Assembly: GCA_040752695.1 (NCBI GenBank)
Contig: JBFMGO010000050.1
Location: 21,964 to 36,976, forward strand
Origin: a bacterium
GTDB taxonomy: Bacteria; SZUA-182; DTGQ01
DNA: 15,013 bases
Direction: 5' to 3'
This document shows positions 1-7,815 of this stretch, one piece after another. The notes under the pieces were generated by a model, which did not search any database, was not told where the DNA came from, and worked only from the letters and a program-made list of their open reading frames with translations. The translations under genes and the position numbers were made by a program. Every line of letters starts with the position of its first letter. Within the stretch, counting starts at the first letter, position 1.

Positions 1-2400
1 GCTAATACTGATCCAGTGGCTTACTGCAAGCCTTACTGCCCCGTGCCTGCCGGTACAACGCCTGATCAAATCTGCAGGCCTTGTCCGTATGCTCAAAAAC
101 TGCCGACCGGCGAAATCAAATACTGCTGTCCGGTTGCGACCGCAACCACTGCCAATGTCCAGCTCTGGTGCCGGCCATGCCCTGTGGCTGAGACCGGCAA
201 AGGTGGCCCCGCTCAGTACTGCTGTCCTGTGCCTCAGGTCACGGCAGCCGGTGAAGCCCTCTGGTGCAGGCCCTGCCCATTGGCCACCGGTGTTGACGAT
301 CAGGTCCAGATGTGGTGCTGTCCCCTGCCTGACGTAACCGTGCAAGGGAATCATCTCTGGTGCAGGCCCTGTCCTCTGGCTGTTCAGGTGGATGAAAATG
401 TCCAGCGATGGTGCTGTCCGATAGCCCAGGCAGAGGCAGCAGGTCAGTCCTTATGGTGCAAACCCTGTCCTTATGCAGTGGAAAAGAATGGCCAGCTTAC
501 TCTCTACTGCTGCCCAGTGGCAAGTGATGTCGATAACGTACTCTGGTGCAGGCCCTGCCCCTATCCGAAAGCTACGGACCGGGAGTTAACTCCTTACTGC
601 TGTCCCATCGCCACCAATACAGGTCAGGATTTATGGTGCAAGCCCTGTCCTCTGGCCAATGGCGTGGATGATATTCTCAAACAGTGGTGCTGCCCATTGC
701 CAACCGTGCAGGTCGATTCGGATATTCTCTGGTGCCGTCCCTGCCCCTTTGCCCAAAATGTCGATGGTGGAATTATCCGCTACTGCTGCCCTGTCGCCCA
801 GATGCCCGACAGCGACCTGACCCTGTGGTGCAAGCCCTGCCCATTGGCCACCAACAGCCAGCCAGCTCAGGTTTGCTGCCCCATATCAACCGCAGAGGCT
901 GCCGGAGACCGTTTATGGTGCTGCCCGGTATCACACAGCAGTCCTGTAGCCTGGTGCAGGCCGTATGTCACTCTTGATAGCGGTGTCAGAAACGGCAAAA
1001 TTTACTACCCGTATTCCTTCATACCGCAAAAGGGATGTGTACAAGGTGATTCAGGGGCGCTGGATATCGAAGATGCCCAGGGTATGACCCAAGATGAGGT
1101 AAAAATCCCCGTAAGGATTCAAACCGCACCCGGCAGTGTCTATGCCATTGGCTTTGAAGTAATCTATAATCCGGATGTTCTCGAGTACCTGGGTTTTGAA
1201 AGAGGTAATCTGGTCACCTCTTTCACGATGGTTGATGTCAATCCTGACGGATCAGACAGAGTAAGAGTAGGAGGAATGACTATCGGTAACGGTATCCCGC
1301 AGGGAGCAACCGGTTATGTCGTCTGGTTGAAATTCAAAGTGACCGGTGATATAGAGAGCGGATGCACTCCTGTACTGCTGGAAAACCTGACGGACGACCT
1401 CGCGCAATTCTCTCAGACCGGTGGGTGTTTCTGCATGAAGGACAACATTCCGCCTGAAATTGCCTGCCCTAAGGATAGAATCATTGCCCAGACAAGTCTT
1501 GAGGGTACACCCGCCGACGATCCTGACGTGCTCGATTTTCTGGCAGAGGCCAGCGCCTGGGATAACCTGGATGGTGAGGTCGAGGTGACCTATAATATCC
1601 TGCTGGCATCCCAAAGCGGTGTACCGGCTTCCACATCGGCGAAACCATACAGTATTAACGAAAAAGGGATAAAGGCTTCCTTCCCGGCCATACTTCCACC
1701 CGGAACAACCAACGTTATCTTTACAGCCGTTGACAGTTCAGGCAACAGCGCTTCTTGCGTATCCACGATCACTGTTCAGCCGATAGCCTGTGAGGAGGAT
1801 GAATCAGGAGAACTGGACATTGAAGGCACTACAGGAAAAATGGGAAAAGAAGTTGTCATCCCGGTAAGAATCCAGTCCGCTCTCGGTACCGTCTCCGCCT
1901 TCGGCTTCGAAGTAACCTACAAGCCATCTGTTCTCGAATATACAGGCTATGAACGTGGGAACCTGGTAACTTCCTTCCCCATGTTTGAGGTCAACTCCAT
2001 TGGTTCCGGAAGGCTTATCGTCGGAGGATTCTCTGCTGTCCAGGGTATCTCGCAGGGAGCAAGCGGCACTGTGGTTTTACTCAAGTTTATGGTTAAAGGC
2101 GGCATGGAAGGTGGTTGTTACCCCTTGATGCTGGAAAACCTGACGGACGATCTGGCTCAATTCTTCCCGACTCCGGGCTGCATCTGCATCAATAGCTGCA
2201 ACGGAGATCTGAACGGCGATGGTAAAATTACCCCGAAAGATGCTCTGATCGCCTTCCAGTGCTATCTCGGATCAGGCCCCTGTGACGACTGTACCGATGT
2301 GAACGGGGATGGCAAGACGACTCCGTCCGATGCCCTCTGCTTGTTCAAAAAATATTTAGGGCAGCCTTCCTGCCTGGACGATCTGACAAATCTGCCGTGA
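1..2400 (+). CDS. 5'-partial large, probably extracellular protein: Cys/Pro-rich repeat region + cohesin + HYR-like Ig domain + cohesin + C-terminal dockerin
   Basis: The frame is open from base 1 (gct aat act gat cca gtg), so the true start is probably upstream of the window. There are two similar cohesin-like domains (~1054-1437 and ~1807-2193; G.LDIE...IPVRIQ...GFEV.Y.P.VLEY.G.ERGNLVTSF...LKF.V...LENLTDDLAQF). A HYR-like domain lies at ~1441-1779 (DNIPPEIACP...AWDNLDG...PGTTNVIFTAVDSSGNSASC). A dockerin at ~2203-2361 has two Ca-loop repeats (GDLNGDGKITPKDAL / DVNGDGKTTPSDAL). Stop TGA is at 2398-2400. Confidence 0.88.
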   Translation, partial: ANTDPVAYCKPYCPVPAGTTPDQICRPCPYAQKLPTGEIKYCCPVATATTANVQLWCRPCPVAETGKGGPAQYCCPVPQVTAAGEALWCRPCPLATGVDDQVQMWCCPLPDVTVQGNHLWCRPCPLAVQVDENVQRWCCPIAQAEAAGQSLWCKPCPYAVEKNGQLTLYCCPVASDVDNVLWCRPCPYPKATDRELTPYCCPIATNTGQDLWCKPCPLANGVDDILKQWCCPLPTVQVDSDILWCRPCPFAQNVDGGIIRYCCPVAQMPDSDLTLWCKPCPLATNSQPAQVCCPISTAEAAGDRLWCCPVSHSSPVAWCRPYVTLDSGVRNGKIYYPYSFIPQKGCVQGDSGALDIEDAQGMTQDEVKIPVRIQTAPGSVYAIGFEVIYNPDVLEYLGFERGNLVTSFTMVDVNPDGSDRVRVGGMTIGNGIPQGATGYVVWLKFKVTGDIESGCTPVLLENLTDDLAQFSQTGGCFCMKDNIPPEIACPKDRIIAQTSLEGTPADDPDVLDFLAEASAWDNLDGEVEVTYNILLASQSGVPASTSAKPYSINEKGIKASFPAILPPGTTNVIFTAVDSSGNSASCVSTITVQPIACEEDESGELDIEGTTGKMGKEVVIPVRIQSALGTVSAFGFEVTYKPSVLEYTGYERGNLVTSFPMFEVNSIGSGRLIVGGFSAVQGISQGASGTVVLLKFMVKGGMEGGCYPLMLENLTDDLAQFFPTPGCICINSCNGDLNGDGKITPKDALIAFQCYLGSGPCDDCTDVNGDGKTTPSDALCLFKKYLGQPSCLDDLTNLP
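22..966 (+). repeat. Coding tandem repeat, ~32 aa (~96 nt) period: WC[RK]PCP-x11/9-[YW]CCP-x11/9
   Basis: Nine full four-Cys units plus partial units at both ends, 41 Cys in this stretch by my count. The DNA core (e.g. ctctggtgcaggccctg) recurs with mostly synonymous variation. Confidence 0.95.
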
Positions 2401-2469
2401 TAACCCGCGATAATTATCGATAACCATTATGATTATCGATAGCCGTTGATCTTAAAATCATTACCGATC

Positions 2470-2506
2470 AGGGGCGACTCCACATAGGGAGTCGCCCCTT
2501 TCGTTA
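2470..2506 (+). terminator. Intrinsic terminator of the cohesin/dockerin gene (copy 1)
   Basis: Perfect 12-bp stem aggggcgactcc/ggagtcgcccct with a 6-nt loop, followed by ttcgtt; about 70 nt after the stop codon. Confidence 0.8.
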
Positions 2507-2584
2507 CCCCTTTTATTGTGAATGGCACTTATCGATAACCATTATGATTATCGATAGCCGTTGATCTTAAAATCATTACCGATC

Positions 2585-2621
2585 AGGGGCGACTCCACAT
2601 AGGGAGTCGCCCCTTTCGTTA
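2585..2621 (+). terminator. Intrinsic terminator (duplicated copy 2)
   Basis: Identical to 2470-2506; part of the 115-bp duplication. Confidence 0.75.
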
Positions 2622-3626
2622 CCCCTTTTATTGTGAATGGCACTTACAGAACAAATCTATCAGCTAACCATAAATCCAATAATTTTAAGGACACGGACAC
2701 GAAGAGCACGAACGAGCACGAATAGAGAAATCATTATAGAGTTCAGCTTCGATCTAAAAAGCCAGCTTCTGTAGGTTTAGTATTTCAAGCAAGTCTTCAA
2801 CTAACGCTTTTTCTATCTTTATTTGCTTTTCAGCCGGGATTCGATGAGAACTGATCTGTCACTACCCACCAATTGCCCTCTTCTTTGACAAGCTCTCCCT
2901 GATTATTTTTTGGTTTTGTTACATTTCCCATTCTATATACAGGCGCAGTAAGAATGCATATTTGCACATATGCCTCCGAAAATTGTAAATAATCCCCAGA
3001 ATAACGGCTTTGCCAGAATACTGGTAAAAATAGGCTCACTTACAGGCAGGAGATATATGCCCCAGGTAACAAGGTACAACCGACAATGATTAGCACATGG
3101 CCAATCAGTGCCTTTTTTCCTGTCTATCATTCTATCACCTCGATTGAAGATCAAGCTTTAACCTGTATAAATATTTTACTCACTGCAGTTAATCAACTCA
3201 AGGTATTCCTGCCAAAGGGTTTCTCTGTGTTTACAAACCCTATTCAATAATATATGATAAAGCAGAAATAATTAACAATCAAAGAGGGGGCATATCATGT
3301 AATGGAAAACAGTACTTAGGCCAGGATACTACAGGATACAGAAAAGCTCTGCCACTCACTTGCAGGATATTGCGATAAGGAGAGTAATTTTCAGGCGGGG
3401 CTGGAAGTTTCAGGGCAAGGAACTGATTCAGATACGGAGGTTCTGATACTGGGGAAAGAAGCTCAGCCCGGCCAGAGTGCCTTTCCATATCCCTGAGATG
3501 ATTTTCAAGCCGCACTTCAGGGGATGGTGGGATGATAATACTATCGAAGATTTTTACCAATCGAACAAAGTGGTTCAGGTAAGGGGATGAGAGTTTTCCT
3601 TTAAGAAAAAAATTTGAACGTATCCG

Positions 3627-3671
3627 AGAATTCGGATGAGAAAGGGAAAGAATTCGGATGAGAAAGGGAAA
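3627..3671. repeat. 22-bp exact tandem repeat x2 (agaattcggatgagaaagggaa)
   Basis: Copies at 3627-3648 and 3649-3670, just upstream of the RBS of the next gene. Confidence 0.93.
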
Positions 3672-3689
3672 TGGGAGAGGTGATTGATG

Positions 3690-5219
3690 ATGAGTTTTCA
3701 AATACACAGGCCAAAGGGATATAAAAAAGGGGGAGACAGGTATCTTCCGGAAATAGTAAAAGAGCTTAAGCGTGTGCTGAAGAAAGCACAAAGCTCTTTT
3801 GCTTATGATGCCCTCTATCTGCGAGACAGGCAGATTGGAGAGCTGGCAGGTGTTTTGGTCGAATTTGCTGAAGATATCCATAATGACATTGGTATCTGGA
3901 AAAGCTATGAGCAATACAACCGGGAACTTTTTCATACTTCACTGCCCATTACTGTGCGGCCAGGTGTGGAATTAGAAGAGAAGGAGTTGTTTAAGCGCCG
4001 TATCCATCATCTGACATGGGTATGGTATTCGGTACTGTGGTCAGGGTTTATCTTTGAGCCGGAGCACAAGGATTTAATCCTCCTGACAGGCATGGCTGCT
4101 GATTTCCTGGAAGAGCGGTTTGCGAAGATCCCCCTGGGTTCCGGGATAAAAGAATTCCTTTCCCAGCCCAATGAATATGGCTGGGATGCAAAGAGAAAAC
4201 TGGTCTGGTTAGGCCAGCATTCATACCTGTTCCGCGACAGCTTTCAAAATTATGCTCTTGAAGAATATGCTGGAAAAGTGAATATCTCTATCATTGATGA
4301 TTTTATCTGCCAGGAAAATACCTGCTGGTCAGGGCTTGGCGTTATCGATATCCTGGCTGCAACACTGGATATCACCGAAAAGCAAAGATCACAGGTAAGA
4401 AGCTGGTATGAGAGGCATATGGCCTATTATAGAGTTTTGGCTGTCAAAGGCCCTCTCATAGAAGTGATAAATCTGATCAACGATAAACTATATACGGTTA
4501 TGGTAGGAGAGCCTAATCCGTTCAAGGTCCAGCAGGGAATCTTTGGAAGTCTGATTCCCTGGGATAATGAATGGTACTGGTCTGGTGAACAAAAAATCTT
4601 TCCTGAATTGCCAGAAAGTATTATCCAGGACGCAAAGGATCAGTTTTTCAGAGAACTCTCAGCAGTAGCTTACCGCTATTGTGAGGATCGCGCTCAAAAA
4701 GCCAGGGAGAAGGTAAGTGTTTATTACCGCAGGTTTGTTGAATGCAACGGTGATGATCTCGTTATCTATCCTGATGGTGCTTCCATGTCTGCTGACATGA
4801 AAAAGAAATATCCGTTAATATACAAGCCTGATGTCCCTTCCAGAGAGCTGGAAAAGATGAAAATACCTGAGATATCTCTTCCTCCCGAGATTACACAAAG
4901 CAGAAACGGGATAGGTGTCTATTTTAATCCGGATGAGGGGGAGGAGATTATGTTGGGATTCAACGATGTTGTCAGCGGTCTTGAGAAAAAGGGGATTGAC
5001 CTGAATGAGTATGAGGAAGAAAGCATCACTGGGTTTATCCGCTCTGATTCGATCAGTCCCGGATTTGTTAAAAAACTGGTTGAGAAATATGGCGATGAGT
5101 CCATAGCAGCAGTATTCTTTATTGACAGGCTTCAGCATACATATTATCTGGACTATCTGCTTCACCGCTATAAAGGGCATTTCTACAGGAAAAGGTATCC
5201 AGGTATTTCTTTTTCCTGA
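3690..5219 (+). CDS. Conserved hypothetical protein, probably DUF3843 family
   Basis: ~509-aa ORF with RBS gaggtga at 3677-3683 (alternative starts 3684/3687). The motifs EDIHNDIGIWKSYEQYNRELF..SLP, WLGQHSYLFR, SLIPWDNEWYWSG and C-terminal LLHRYKGHFYRKRYP resemble DUF3843 proteins as I recall them; not verified by search. Confidence 0.75.
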   Translation: MSFQIHRPKGYKKGGDRYLPEIVKELKRVLKKAQSSFAYDALYLRDRQIGELAGVLVEFAEDIHNDIGIWKSYEQYNRELFHTSLPITVRPGVELEEKELFKRRIHHLTWVWYSVLWSGFIFEPEHKDLILLTGMAADFLEERFAKIPLGSGIKEFLSQPNEYGWDAKRKLVWLGQHSYLFRDSFQNYALEEYAGKVNISIIDDFICQENTCWSGLGVIDILAATLDITEKQRSQVRSWYERHMAYYRVLAVKGPLIEVINLINDKLYTVMVGEPNPFKVQQGIFGSLIPWDNEWYWSGEQKIFPELPESIIQDAKDQFFRELSAVAYRYCEDRAQKAREKVSVYYRRFVECNGDDLVIYPDGASMSADMKKKYPLIYKPDVPSRELEKMKIPEISLPPEITQSRNGIGVYFNPDEGEEIMLGFNDVVSGLEKKGIDLNEYEEESITGFIRSDSISPGFVKKLVEKYGDESIAAVFFIDRLQHTYYLDYLLHRYKGHFYRKRYPGISFS

Positions 5220-5252
5220 GAAAATCTGCATAAGGGCTATATGGGCTTATCT

Positions 5253-5444
5253 TCAGGATACTTCCTTCTCCTCAGATAAACACCTTTTATCCCCCTTGCC
5301 TTTCATCAACCGTTTGTATCTTACCATGTTGTATATTCCCATAAAACGCTGCTGATAAAAGGAGGTGAGGCCAAGTGAAGGCATTATTGCCTCTATGCCC
5401 AAATACCCCATTGAACAGCGGGGATACTTGACCTTCGGGTTCAT
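5253..5444 (-). CDS. Possible small protein or gene remnant (63 aa, MNPKVKYPRCSMG...)
   Basis: Strong SD AAGGAGG 5 nt before the ATG at 5444, same strand as the upstream ars-type operon. No recognisable domain. Confidence 0.35.
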   Translation of the reverse strand: MNPKVKYPRCSMGYLGIEAIMPSLGLTSFYQQRFMGIYNMVRYKRLMKGKGDKRCLSEEKEVS

Positions 5445-5559
5445 ATATGCCTCCTTAGTAAACAAAAAAAATCCACTCATCTGCTGACAAGGCACTAGCC
5501 GGTCGCATATTTAACGTGATGTGTACTTAGGGATATTTTCCCCCTTATATAGTAACTCG

Positions 5560-6351
5560 CTAAAAAAGTGTTCCATAGATCATGCCGGTAATCGTGGCCA
5601 TGGTGATTACAAGTAAAACAAAAACTATCGCTTTCCTGGTTCCCATAATACTGCGAATGACCAGCATGGAGGGAAGAGACAGGGCTGGTCCGGCCAGAAG
5701 AAGGGCCAGAGCCGGACCTTTGCCCATCCCACTGCCGATGAGGCCCTGCAGGATCGGGACCTCGGTCAAGGTGGCAAAATACATAAATGCTCCTACTACT
5801 GAGGCGAAGAGATTAGCGGAAAGTGAATTTCCGCCTACAGCTTTACTGATCCAGGTCGAGGGAATGAGTCCCTCATGGCCAGGTCGGCCAAGCAAAGCAC
5901 CGGCGATGAGGACTCCAAAGAGGAGAAGATGCAAAATCTGTTTGGTAAATCCCCATGCTGAACTGAACCATTCCCCCATCTCGCCGTCATGGGTACTGGT
6001 AATGGTCGATAGTCCGATGACTCCTGCAGCAAAGGGGATCATCGGTTCGGAGGGAAAAGCAAACGCCAAAAGGATGACCGGGACTGTCGCTAATAATACC
6101 TTTGGCCACTCCAGATTGAACCAGGAAATAAGCATCATGCCAAAGATGAGAGCGCTGACGGCAGTTATGGTCCATTTGACTGAATAGATGGCCTGCCAAA
6201 GGCCGGTCGGCACGGCTGGTTTGCCCCAGTTTGCAAAGACCAGAATGGCCACCATGGCTGCAAACCAGGCTGCATTTTGCCAAAGGGGTCTGGTTACTTC
6301 AGCAATATCAGCACAGATGGCAAGCTGCTGTGAACGCTTTCCATTTTTTGC
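5560..6351 (-). pseudogene. 5'-truncated DUF318/ArsP-type permease (long type), C-terminal half only
   Basis: Motifs RPLWQNAAWFAAMVAILVFANW, GAFMYFATLTEVPILQGL and GKGPALALLLAGPALSLPSMLVI are typical of the C-terminal part of ~400+ aa DUF318 permeases. The frame is closed upstream by the TAA at 6354-6352, and there is no RBS before the internal ATG at 6255. Confidence 0.8.
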
Positions 6352-6576
6352 TTACTTACTCTTGCCTGGGGCAGCGAATGCACCTTGAGGGTCACGTTCT
6401 CCATCCAGATGAGACTTCAGCCTGTTCTCCTGAGATGAAAGAAGTTTTCGCCAGATGCACTTCTTAAGGAACAAATAAGCGCTCTCCTTATCCTCATCAG
6501 TTACGATCCGCTCCAATTCCATGACCTCTTCCGGCTCTAAAGTTACCACTTTTCGGGTAATCTCTAACAGAGCCAA
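6352..6576 (-). CDS. Small hypothetical protein (74 aa) within the ars-type operon
   Basis: TTG start preceded by aaggagaaagg; helical, charged, protein-like composition (VTLEPEEVMELERIVTDEDKESAYLFLKK). Confidence 0.7.
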   Translation of the reverse strand: MALLEITRKVVTLEPEEVMELERIVTDEDKESAYLFLKKCIWRKLLSSQENRLKSHLDGERDPQGAFAAPGKSK

Positions 6577-6643
6577 TTAACCTTTCTCCTTAATTTTTCC
6601 TTGACTTCTCCTTGGTTGTGAAAGCGGTTGACTCTTGAAGACC

Positions 6644-6871
6644 TTATTCAAGCCAGCATTTTTTAAGTTCGGCAACAGAGGGTACCCTGCCGGTGACCTT
6701 GACCTCTCCATTAACGGCCAGGGCCGGAGTCATCATTACCCCAAAGCTCATAATGGCCGTAATATCGGTGACTTTTTCAAGCTCGTACTCCAATCTAAGC
6801 TCTTTGGCCGCAGCTTCCGTGCTCTCAGCCAGTTTCTTGCATTTTGGACAACCCTTGCCCAGGATTCGGAT
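6644..6871 (-). pseudogene. Small thioredoxin-like redox protein (MTH895/Thioredoxin_3 type) lacking its own start
   Basis: IRILGKGCPKCKKL...EKVTDITAIMSFGVMMTPALAVNGEVKVTGRVPS is the family signature. The natural Met/RBS is replaced by arsR-like sequence in another frame. Confidence 0.82.
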
Positions 6872-6932
6872 GCGACAGTGCCTTGATAACCCTGGCCCTG
6901 GCTTCACATCGGGCTTTTGTCTTGGCGTCCAC
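6825..6932 (-). pseudogene. N-terminal fragment (22 codons) of an ArsR/SmtB regulator running out of frame into the thioredoxin
   Basis: SD AAAGGAGG, 8 nt, then GTG at 6932 gives MDAKTKARCEARARVIKALSHP (ArsR helix-1 KAL.HP motif). Then 13 unrelated codons follow to TGA at 6827-6825. Confidence 0.78.
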
Positions 6933-6992
6933 TCAAAAAACCTCCTTTAGTCATAATGATCAGATCTCAGACGGTCATTATTATCGGCATCA

Positions 6993-7601
6993 TCAGAGAA
7001 TCAGATTAAACAGATAGCCCGTGAAGATAATGCCTGTTCCAACTATACTGGCAAAGATAATCAGGAGCCTTACCTTCATTACCTTTCGCAAGATCATAAA
7101 TGCGGGCAATGATAACCCTACCACAGCCATCATAAAGGCCAGACTTGTTCCCATACTGACACCCTTTTCGGTTAAAACGCTGATGAGCGGAATAATACCG
7201 GCAGCGTTAGAATAGAGAGGTATGCCGATCAAGGTGGCAAAGGGAACAGCATACCAGTTGTTTCTCCCTGCATACCGGACGAGAAAGTCGGTCGGCACAT
7301 AGCCGTGTATCCATGCTCCAATGCCGATGCCGATGACAACATGGGGCCAGATCTGCTTTATAATATCAAAGGCATAGGTTGTCGCATAGTTTACCCTCTC
7401 AGCCCAGCCCATTTTGAGTGGATCTGCGGCTTTACCGGTCTTGCTTTGGTAAACAAAATCTTCCACCAGACTTTCCACCTTGAGCCGGCCAATAATTATT
7501 CCCGAAATAATAGAGATGACCAGCCCGCTGAAGGCATAGACCAAAGCGACTCTCCATCCGAATAATCCCAAAAGCAGAACGAGGGCCACTTCGTTAATCA
7601 C
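6993..7601 (-). pseudogene. 5'-truncated DUF318/ArsP-type permease (~300-aa type)
   Basis: Begins at the normally internal motif (SP)MINEVALVLLLGLFGW. Contains GIPLYSNAAGIIPLISVLTEKGVSMGTSLAFMMAVVGLSLP. The N-terminal ~100+ aa are absent. Confidence 0.8.
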
Positions 7602-7672
7602 TTGATTAACACTATTCCGGTAAAACTACAAAAGAGCAATAGGGACACTATCTTCTTGCTGTTTCGTCTCAT
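7598..7672 (-). pseudogene. 24-aa signal-peptide-like ORF (MRRNSKKIVSLLLFCSFTGIVLIK*), probable remnant of the first gene of the operon
   Basis: First ATG after the sigma70 promoter, with a basic N-region and hydrophobic core. It ends at the permease truncation point with a GTGA stop/start overlap. RBS is weak. Confidence 0.35.
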
Positions 7673-7697
7673 TTTTTGTCTATTAAATGTTGCTTTG

Positions 7698-7731
7698 TTG
7701 GTAATATAACCAAATAGCCAAAAATTGTCAA
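7698..7731 (-). promoter_or_regulatory. Sigma70 promoter TTGACA-N17-TATATT with an overlapping dyad TTGGT-aatata-ACCAA (putative ArsR-family operator)
   Basis: -35 at 7731-7726 and -10 at 7708-7703. The inverted repeat at 7698-7713 is centred on the -10, upstream of the permease/thioredoxin cluster. Confidence 0.7.
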
Positions 7732-7815
7732 CTATTTCGTTGGTCGTAATATTAGGTTTTATAGGCAATTAGGTAATAATGAGGGGATGCCTGACGCTTT
7801 ATATATTCTTTTTGG

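Larger units (their letters stand above)
2414..2646. repeat. Exact 115-bp tandem duplication (2414-2528, 2529-2643, plus 3-nt tta overlap)
   Basis: Base-by-base comparison shows identical copies. Each copy holds a TATCGATAA...TTATCGATA dyad and a terminator hairpin. Confidence 0.97.

Noticed and set aside
16..18. GTG at 16 as the start of the 794-aa ORF
   Set aside because: The frame is open to the window edge, no RBS or signal peptide is visible, and the repeat is already in progress.
160..966. CRISPR-like look of recurring tggtgcaggccctg / tgctgtcc motifs with variable spacers
   Set aside because: All units are in frame within one ORF, variation is largely synonymous, spacer lengths are multiples of 3, and no cas genes are present.
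3297..3496. SD-like agaggggg + ATG TAA, then MENST-amber-ARILQDTEK... (possible readthrough or pseudogene)
   Set aside because: No recognisable homology and no evidence for recoding; cannot be supported from sequence alone.
3279..3935. 218-aa minus-strand ORF
   Set aside because: It overlaps the DUF3843-like gene antisense, runs through the 22-bp repeat, and has no motif.
5359..5431. Perfect AAGGAGGTGA followed by an 18-codon GTG ORF on the plus strand
   Set aside because: Very short, no promoter evident, and antisense to a better-supported ORF; no rRNA context either.
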